A DNA stretch of 64,000 bases from Eledone cirrhosa (lineage: Eukaryota): contig OZ024760.1 in assembly GCA_964016885.1 (NCBI GenBank), positions 21,638,001 to 21,702,000 on the forward strand, in the 5' to 3' direction. Positions within the stretch are counted from its first letter, which is position 1, and every line of letters starts with the position of its first letter. The position numbers and the translations under genes are program-made. Shown piece after piece: positions 55,045 through 64,000 of the stretch. The notes beneath the pieces were generated by a model, which saw nothing but the letters and a program-made list of their open reading frames with translations, ran no database searches and had not been told where the DNA came from.

Positions 55045-56358
55045 CAAAGTTGATTAAATCAACCCCAGTATTTAACTGGTACTATATTATATCAACCCCA
55101 GAACTTGACTGGTTATTTATTTTATCAACCCTAGTATTTAACTGGTACTATATTATATCAACCCCAGTATTTAACTGGTACTTTATTTTATCAACCCAGT
55201 ACTTAAGTGGTTCTTTATTTTATCAACCCTAGTATTTAACTGGTACTATATTATATCAACCTCAGTATTTAACTGGTACTTTATTTTATCAACCCAGTAC
55301 TTAAGTGGTTCTTTATTTTATCAACCCTAGTATTTAACTGGTACTTTATTTTATCAACCTCCAGTATTTGACTGGTATTATGATATATCAACTCAAGTAT
55401 TTCACTGGTACTTTATTTTATCAACCCTAGTATTTGACTGGTACTATATTTTATCAACCCCAGTATTTCACTGGTACTTTATTTTCATCAATCCCAGTAT
55501 TTCACTGGTATTTTGATATATCAACTCCAGTACTTGACTAGTACTTTATTTTCATCAATCCCAGTATTTCACTGGTACGCTATTTTATCTGGCTTGCGAG
55601 AAGGATGAAAAGCAAAGCTGACCTTTGAATTCAGAATGTAGAGTGAGAAAAAATTAATTACCACATTCACATATTATCAGATGCTCTATCAATTCTGGCA
55701 ATTCTTCATCCTTAAGGGGCAATCAATAATATCATATCGAACCCCAGTACATAACTGGTACACTTATTTTACCAAATATAAAATCTGGAAGTATAAAAGA
55801 GCTAAGGTTGACCTATTCCCCTAACACACACCCATCCTCTCCCACTTGTCCAGCCCCTACTGCAAGATTTGAAGTCAGAGCATAAAGGGTTATAACTAAG
55901 TATTGCACAGCATTTTCATTCAATGCTCTACCGATTCTGTCAAATGAAAGAATTACTTCTACTTTAGGCACAAGGCCAGCAATTTGAAGGGGGAGGGAGA
56001 AAAATCAATTAAATCAACCCCAATGCATTACTGGTACTTTATTTTATCGACCCCCGTAAGGATGAAAGGCAAAGCTAACTTTGACGGGATTTGAAATCAG
56101 AATGTGAGGCATCGTGACCGCGACACTCTACCGATTCTGCCAATCCACCACGCTGTCAAATGAAATAATTGTTTCTACAATAGGCACAAGGCCAGCAATT
56201 ACCCCAGTGTATTACTGGTACTTTATTTTATCAACCCCCGTTAGGATGAAAGGCAAAGTTAACCTCGACGGCATTTGAACTCAGAATGGCAAGGGCCGTA
56301 ACTCTATGCGTCAAAGCATGGCGTCCGTCCCTCTACCGATTCTGCCAATTCACCGCTG
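55045..56358 (-). mobile_element. SINE cluster; 55055-55590 is a tandem amplification of a ~34-bp SINE segment
   Basis: atcaaccccagtatttaactggtactttatttt is repeated, then the SINE body resumes. Confidence 0.8.
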
Positions 56359-56512
56359 TCAAATGAAATAATGAATATAAAATTGATAGTTTTTTTTTGT
56401 TTTATTTTACATTATAAGTGGTGATTCTGCTGTTGTTTCAAAAAATCAAAACCAATAAAAAATGATCAATACCAATCAATATATAAAGGGTGACATAAGA
56501 AGTTCAATTTAC

Positions 56513-56590
56513 CTTGTATGCCCTAAAAAGCAGATACAGTTCTCTAGGTTTTGCATCCATGGGCAAACCACTGACAAAGAGTGTACGAAC
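56513..56590 (-). CDS. cpo: Internal coding exon (78 nt, phase 0/0) of a couch potato/RBPMS-family RRM protein: [26 protein letters not shown] (contains RNP2)
   Basis: Minus strand reads tttatttcag|GTTCGTACACTC...GCATACAAG|gtaaat. The translation is near-identical to the N-terminal part of the Drosophila Cpo / RBPMS RRM. Confidence 0.96.
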
Positions 56591-56659
56591 CTGAAATAAA
56601 CATAGAAAATACAAATTTAATATACACACAACGTAATATAAATACAAATGTAATTTCAT

Positions 56660-56997
56660 TTCATTTTCATTTCATTTTACGTCAGCTTTTCCCTGCTTGC
56701 AAGGGTGGGACGGGAACTGATTCTGGCTTGATTTCTACAGCTGGATGCCCTTCCTAACACCAACCTCATTTACAGTGAGTGCTGGGTGCTTTTTTGCCGT
56801 GGCACCTACACGTCCACTTTACAGTGGAATGATAGGGACCCAGTCCCTATCATCTCATTTCTACAGCTGAGTAAACTGGAGCAATGTGAAATAAAGTGTC
56901 TTCCTCAAGGAAACAACACATCACCCGGTCTGAGAATTGAACTCACAACCTTTCGATTGCAAGGCCAATGCTCTAACCACTAAGCCATGTGCCTCCA
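56660..56997 (-). mobile_element. Full-length CORE-like SINE ending about 70 nt upstream of the 78-nt exon acceptor
   Basis: tRNA-like head, CORE-like motif and RTE-type tail. Confidence 0.85.
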
Positions 56998-57253
56998 TAA
57001 TATACATACATATATATAAACACATTATGTATAATCACATATAATATATTTAATCACATATAATATATTTAATATAGAAATGGCTTCTACAGGACTAGAA
57101 CTGTTTCATTTGGGAGAAATCATCAGGAAGTCAACTGTCCAAGTACCTTACTTACTGTGGTTACCCCTGATTGAACCCGGGATAAACTTTGTTAACCTAA
57201 TATATACCTTCCATATACTGTACTGATTGTGTTGTTATTTCTGTTTACCTTTT

Positions 57254-57306
<53 letters not shown>

Positions 57307-57411
57307 CATATATATATATATATTTATATAGGAACGAGTAGGACCCCTAAGTATTGAGTACTTTGGTGCGTTATGGTCCACATGGTTCCTTACCACATTT
57401 CCTCCGTTATA

Positions 57412-57483
<72 letters not shown>

Positions 57484-57612
57484 TATTTATATATATATAT
57501 ATATTTATATACATATATTTATTTATATATATATATTTATTTATATATATATATTTATTTATATATATATATTTATTTATATATATATATTTATTTATAT
57601 ATATATATTTAT

Positions 57613-57643
<31 letters not shown>

Positions 57644-57707
57644 AACTAATATATATATATAAACTAATATATATATATATAAACTAATTCATCGCCGCTA
57701 CTGTATA

Positions 57708-57770
<63 letters not shown>

Positions 57771-57795
57771 TATATATATATATATATATATAAAT

Positions 57796-57826
<31 letters not shown>

Positions 57827-57894
57827 AACTAATATATATATATAAACTAATATATATATATATAAACTAATTCATCGCCGCTACTGTATATATT

Positions 57895-57963
<69 letters not shown>

Positions 57964-58189
57964 TATATATATAAATATATATATATATAAATATATATAT
58001 ATATAAATATATATGTAGTAGTGATAGGTAAAAATACACCAGGTGGAACATATCCCACCAGAGTACTCAATACTTGGGGTAGTAGAGTGGGTAATAGGAA
58101 AATATTCAGAACCCCGACAGCTGAGCTCCAGCCACTTCAACAGCTCGATTCAAACTGTTTGGATCTAGCTGTTGAAACAGCTGGAGCTC

Positions 58190-59475
58190 ACACACCACCA
58201 CACAACATCACACCACACCACACCACCAACACCACCCCACATCACACAACACCACCAACACCACCACACATCCACCAACACCACCACACCACACCACAAC
58301 CACACAACACCACACCACACCACATCCACCAACACCACCACATCACATCCACCAACACCACCGCACCACACAACACCACCACACCACATCACACAACACC
58401 ACCAACACCACCACACCACACAGCACCACCACACAACACCACCACACCACATCACACAACACCACCAACACCACCACACCACCACACATCACCACCAACA
58501 CCACACCACACACCACCACACATCTACCAACACCACCACACATCCACCAACACCACCACACCACACATCCACCAACACCACCACACCACACCACCACACA
58601 TCTACCAACACCACCACACATCCACCAACACCACCACACCACACATCCACCAACACCACCACACCACACCACCACACATCTACCAACACCACCACACATC
58701 CACCAACACCACCACACCACACATCCACCAACACCACCACACCACACCACCACACATCTACCAACACCACCACACATCCACCAACACCACCACACATCCA
58801 CCAACACCACCACACCACACCACACCACACCACCAAACCACACCACATCACACAACACCACCAACACCACACCACACAACACCACCACACATCTACCAAC
58901 ACCACCACACATCCACCAACACCACCACACCACACCACCACCAATACCACCACACATCCACCAACACCACCACACCACACATCTACCAACACCACCACAC
59001 CACACCACATCCACCAACACCACCACACCACACAACACCACCAACATCACCACACCACACCACACCACACAACCACATAACACCACCACACCACATCACA
59101 CAACACCACCAACACCACCACACCACACAGCACCACCACACAACACCACCACACCACATCACACAACACCACCAACACCACCACACCACACAACACCACC
59201 ACCACCACCACCACCACACATCTACCAACACCACCACACATCCACCAACACCACACAACACCACCACACATCTACCAACACCACCACACCACACAACACC
59301 ACCACACATCTACCAACACCACCACACCACACAACACCAACACCACACAACACCACCAACACCACCACACCACACAACACCACCACCACCACACAACACC
59401 ACCACACACCTACCAACACCACCACACCACACATCACACAACACCACCAACACCACCACACCACACCACACCACA
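58190..59475. repeat. CAC/CAA-rich low-complexity tract (+ strand)
   Basis: Simple repeat. Confidence 0.95.
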
Positions 59476-59679
59476 TTACAGGTATGCCATGATATATCAC
59501 CTGTATATTAAATTAATCAGCTTAAATAAGATATATATATCTCCTCCTCTTTCTCTTTCTCTTCTTTAATACTTCAACTATATCAATTACACTCTCTCCC
59601 TCTCCCTCCCTCTCTTACCCTTTCTCTCCCTCTCTCTCTTTCTCACCTTAAACCTATGTCATTATGTTGTTATTGAAAT

Positions 59680-60250
59680 GGTAACGGTGGTGGGGGTAAC
59701 GGTGGTGGTGGAGGTAACGGTGGTGGTGGGGGTAACGGTGGTGGTGGTGGGGGTAACGGTGGTGGTGGAGGTAATGGTGGTAACGGTGGTGGGGGTAACG
59801 GTGGTGGGGGTAACGGTGGTGGAGGTAATGGAGGCGTTGTGTGTGTATGATGGGATGTTGGCAGTGGAGGTGGTTTGGCTTGTAGTGGTGGTGATGGTGT
59901 TGTTGTTGTTGTTAGTATTGGTGGTGGTGGTGTTGTTGTTAGTGTTGGTGGTGGTGTTGTTGTTGTTAGTATTGGTGGTGGTGGTGTTGTTGTTAGTGTT
60001 GGTGTGGCTGTAGCAGTGGTGGTGGTGTTAGTGGTGGTGTGGTTAGTGGTGGTGGTGTTAGTGGTGGTGGTGTTAGTGGTGGTTGATGGCGGAAGTGGTG
60101 GTGATGATGGTGTTGATGATAGTGATTGTAGTGTTGATGGTGGAGGTGTTGTTGATGATGATGGTGGTTGTAGTGTTGATGGTGGAGGTGTTGTTGATGA
60201 TGGTGGTTGTAGTGTTGATGGTGGTAGTGATGTTGATGGTAGTGGTGGCT
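59680..60250. repeat. GGT/GTT-rich low-complexity tract (+ strand)
   Basis: Simple repeat. Confidence 0.95.
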
Positions 60251-60542
60251 GCATGTAACTGCATCAGAGGGACAAAGATAGTGTGTGTGCATGTGTGTGT
60301 ATGTGCGCATGTGTGTGTGTATGTGTATGGAGTCAGGGTATTACTGAACAAAAAACAACAAAAATCAAAAACTAAAAATTAAAAACTAAAAACTACCCCC
60401 ACTAAACTCTCAGCTAACAGTGTTAGGATCATGTGCTGTCATTGATATTGTAATGTATTTAAATTTAAACCTTAATGACTCAAGGGCTACAGTTAATAGA
60501 ACATAGTATAGTTCAACAGTTCCCAACCTACTGCTCCTTTAA

Positions 60543-60763
60543 CCCTTTAGCACTTAAACCGGCTGTATCCGGCCAGAATTCTCTTACCTCTTTCTGTTCA
60601 AACCAGCCATAACTGGCCACTCATACTGATGTTAAGGTATTGTTTTCAAAATAACTAACATCAAAATCTCATAGATTTGACATTATGTTAGATAATTATG
60701 TGAGATAAAACCTTTACTGGGAAAATACAATAGTAAATATAGAGTAATGTAAATGCTAAAGGG
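60543..60763. mobile_element. Intact piggyBac-like MITE (221 bp, TTAA TSD)
   Basis: ttaa|ccctttagca ... tgctaaaggg|ttaa. Confidence 0.8.
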
Positions 60764-61204
60764 TTAAGGGTCATAGTATATTTCAACAGTTCCCAACCTA
60801 CTGCTCCCTTAAGGGTTATAGTTTCAACAGTTCCCAACTTGCTGCTCTCTTAAGGGTTATAGTTTCAACAGTTCCCAATTTGTTGCTCCTTTAAGGGTTA
60901 TAAAGAGACTCACTTAGCCAAACTTAAAATTTCAAGTACTTCAGTAAAGACAATAAATATACACACAACAGGGTGTCTATTCTTCTTTAAAACATCATCA
61001 TCATCATCATTTAATGCCTATCTTCCACGCTAGCATGGGTCAGATGGGAACTGTCCCACTTGAAGCGAGATTGGTCGGGAGACTGTGTCTCGCTTGTATA
61101 GGACTGTATCTGGCAGGTTTTCTATGGCTGGATGCCCTTCCTTCCTAACACCAACTACATTTACAGTGTGAACTGGGAGCCTTTTTTCTGTGTCTCCTAT
61201 ATGA

Positions 61205-61655
61205 CCACTTTACAGTGTGGACTGGGTGCTGTTTATTGTAAAACCAGCAATACCACCATACAGTGTGGACTGGGTGCTGTTTATTGTAGGACCAGCATTA
61301 CCACCATACAGTGTGGACTGGGTGCTGTTTATTGTAGCCCCAGCAATACCACCATACAGTGTGGACTGGGTGCTGTTTATTGTAGCCCCAGCAATACCAC
61401 CATACAGTGTGGACTGGGTGCTGTTTATTGTAGCCCCAGCAATACCACCATACGGTGTGGACTGGGTGCTGTTTATTGTAGCCCCAGCAATACCACCATA
61501 CAGTGGGGATTGGGTGCTGTTTATTCTAGGACCAGCAATACCACCATACAGTGTGGATTGGGTGCTGTTTATTCTAGGACCAGCATTAGCACAATACAGT
61601 GTGGACTGGGTGCTGTTTATTGTAGCCCCAGCACTGATGCATACAGTGTGGACTG
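61205..61655. repeat. 48-bp tandem repeat (about 9.5 copies) amplified from an RTE-UTR/SINE segment
   Basis: cagtgtggactgggtgct at 61261, 61309 and onward. It directly follows the element tail at 60993-61200. Confidence 0.85.
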
Positions 61656-62055
61656 TATAGTAATTTCAAGTACTTTGTTATAAACATAATATATACATAC
61701 TGTTGAATATACATTGAGTATACATTCATCTAGGTATAAGCATTTCTCACACACATGCATGCATATATATATATATATATATATACATACACACATGCAC
61801 ATACAGGCAAATACACATATCCTGAACTTTTGATGTCCATTTGGGTTGCACTAGACTTGCGTTTTTAGGGGCAGAATTTTTCTGGCTGGATGCCCTTCCC
61901 TATCACCAACCTCTTACAGCATGGATTGGGAGCATTTTATCATGCCACTAACACTAGAGAGGTTGTCTGCCAGGACGTAAGGATCCTCCCTAACCTGTGT
62001 CTGTTTTAATTGAAAGTAATTGTTCTCCTAGATGGGCTGTCATCTGTACATATTC

Positions 62056-62570
62056 AAGAGCCTTTATATACCCCATAAAGTCATATTTATTTAGAGTGAC
62101 TGTTCTCTTAGACAGGTTGCCTTCTCTACAGCTTTCAGAGCCCTTATCTACCCCATGAAGTCATATTTATTTAGAGTGACTGTTCTCTTAGACAGGTTGC
62201 CTTCTCTACAGCTTTCAGAGCCCTTATCTACCTCATGAAGTTATATTTATTTAGAGTGACTGCTTTCTTAGACTGGGTTGCCTTCTCTACAGCTTTCAGA
62301 GCCTTTATATACCTCATGAAGTCATATTTATTTAGAGTGACTGCTCTCTTAGACTGGGTTGCCTTCGCTAAAGCTTTCAGAGCCCTTATCTACCTCCTGA
62401 AGTCATATTTATTTAGGGTGACTGTTCTCTTAGACAGGTTGCCTTCTCTAAAGCTTTCAGAGCCCTTATCTACCTCATGAAGTCATATTTATTTAGGGTG
62501 ACTGTTCTTTTAGACAGGTTGCCTTCTCTAAAGCTTTCAGAGCCCTTATCTACCTCATGAAGTCATATCT
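62056..62570. repeat. 80-bp tandem repeat, about 6.5 copies
   Basis: gaagtcatatttatttagagtgactg recurs every 80 bp (62157, 62237). Confidence 0.9.
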
Positions 62571-62654
62571 ATTATCCCTTAGACAGGTTTCCTTACAGAG
62601 CATGTCAAACAAATTTGGTAAATTGAATAAGATATTTTGATTGTATTATTTTTG

Positions 62655-62830
62655 GCATATAGTTGCATCCCTTTATATTCTGGGTTCAAGTTCCACCAAG
62701 GTTAGCTTTGCCTTTCATCCTTACGGGGTCGATAAAATAAAATACTAGTAATGCACTGGCGTTGATTTAATCAACTTTCCCCTCCTCCACTAAAATTGTT
62801 GGCCCTGTGCCTAAATCAGAAACCATTATT
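62655..62830 (+). mobile_element. Nin/Deu-like SINE, a rare plus-strand copy
   Basis: gggttcaagttcc B-box and ctttgcctttcatccttacggggtcgataaaata. Confidence 0.8.
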
Positions 62831-62961
62831 TGGGAGGGAGGGATGAGACACCAATCCCTTTTCCAATACCACAAGGTAAAACAGTTTTAGGTAGCAATCA
62901 ATATAAACTGGGTTATGAACTGTCTGGTTATTAAGGTACCAAAATACTTGATGTCAATAAA

Positions 62962-62992
<31 letters not shown>

Positions 62993-63061
62993 CCATATGT
63001 GAATTTATGTATATGTGTATGTGGCAAGGTGGAAGGTTACACACAGATATAAATTTATCAT

Positions 63062-63095
<34 letters not shown>

Positions 63096-63461
63096 TTATA
63101 CACACATGTATACACATACCTATGAGTATATATATGCACATACATACATATACATATACACACACACCTATGTATATGTATGTGTGTGTATGTATATAAT
63201 CAAAAGTCGACATTATCAACAAAAATTGGAAGAGTAAAGGAGGAGGGAGAAGAGGGTGGTAGGAGATGAAAGAGAGAGAGAGAGGTGTGGGTTGAGCAGG
63301 AGGGGATGAGAGAAAGGGTGGCATTGGAGGGTGACATAATCCTTAATGATTTTCTATAATTCACACTTAAAACCTTTTGATTCCCACCCCATCCCACAAC
63401 GAAAATATAATATATCTGGAGAAAAACAACCAACAATAACATGACATTTTCCAACTATTAA

Positions 63462-64000
63462 AACAACAACAACCACAACCACAACAACTATCACAACAAC
63501 CATAACAACCACAACTATCACAACAACAACAACCACAACTATCAGAAAAACAATCACAACAACAACTGAAACTATAACAACAACAACTATCACAACCACC
63601 ACTACTATCACAACCACCACATCTATCACAACTACAACTATCACAACCACCACAACCATCACAACCACAACTATCACAACCACCACAACTATCACAACAA
63701 CCACAACTATCACAACCACCACAACTATCACAACCACCACAACTATCACAACAACCACAACTATCACAACCACCACAACTATCACAACCACCACAACTAT
63801 CACAACAGCCACAACTATCACAACCACTGCAACTATCACAACCACCACAACTACCACAACCACCACAACTATCACAACCACCACTACTATCACAACAACC
63901 ACAACCATCATAACCACCACAACTATCACAACCACCACAACTATCACAACCACCACAACCATCACAACAACCACAACTATCACAACCACCACTACTATCA
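63462..64000. repeat. 18-bp-like (acaactatcacaaccacc)n repeat
   Basis: Simple tandem repeat running to the window end. Confidence 0.9.

Noticed and set aside
56930-56997. tRNA gene-like A and B boxes
   Set aside because: They are SINE heads continuing into CORE-like bodies, with no complete cloverleaf.
60575-60600. Possible donor of the upstream cpo exon (GAG|gtaag on the minus strand)
   Set aside because: It lies inside a multi-copy MITE and the upstream translation does not resemble Cpo. The true upstream exon is probably beyond 64000.

Overview
This is an AT-rich, repeat-saturated animal genomic window. The SINE, LINE and microsatellite content suggests a coleoid cephalopod such as Octopus (inference). 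The window lies inside one minus-strand gene of the couch potato / RBPMS / MEC-8 RRM family. Three short phase-0 GT-AG exons (56513-56590, 30154-30207, 15073-15135) splice to [65 protein letters not shown]. They are separated by 26.3 kb and 15.0 kb introns, and none appears in the ORF track. Nearly all listed ORFs are translations of simple repeats. The introns hold tRNA-derived SINEs, relics of R4/Dong, RTE, Helitron and Penelope-like elements, MITEs, and many young tandem arrays. The most notable observations are: (1) an apparently intact minimal type I hammerhead ribozyme on the pre-mRNA strand (240-310); (2) palindromes built from hammerhead half-cores folded back at helix II; (3) a candidate stop-containing 51-nt exon next to a CAC-rich array, suggesting poison-exon autoregulation; (4) two 97-bp satellites amplified from the same RTE segment with the same junction; and (5) strong co-orientation of SINEs with the host gene. 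Repeat boundaries and copy numbers were read by eye and are approximate.
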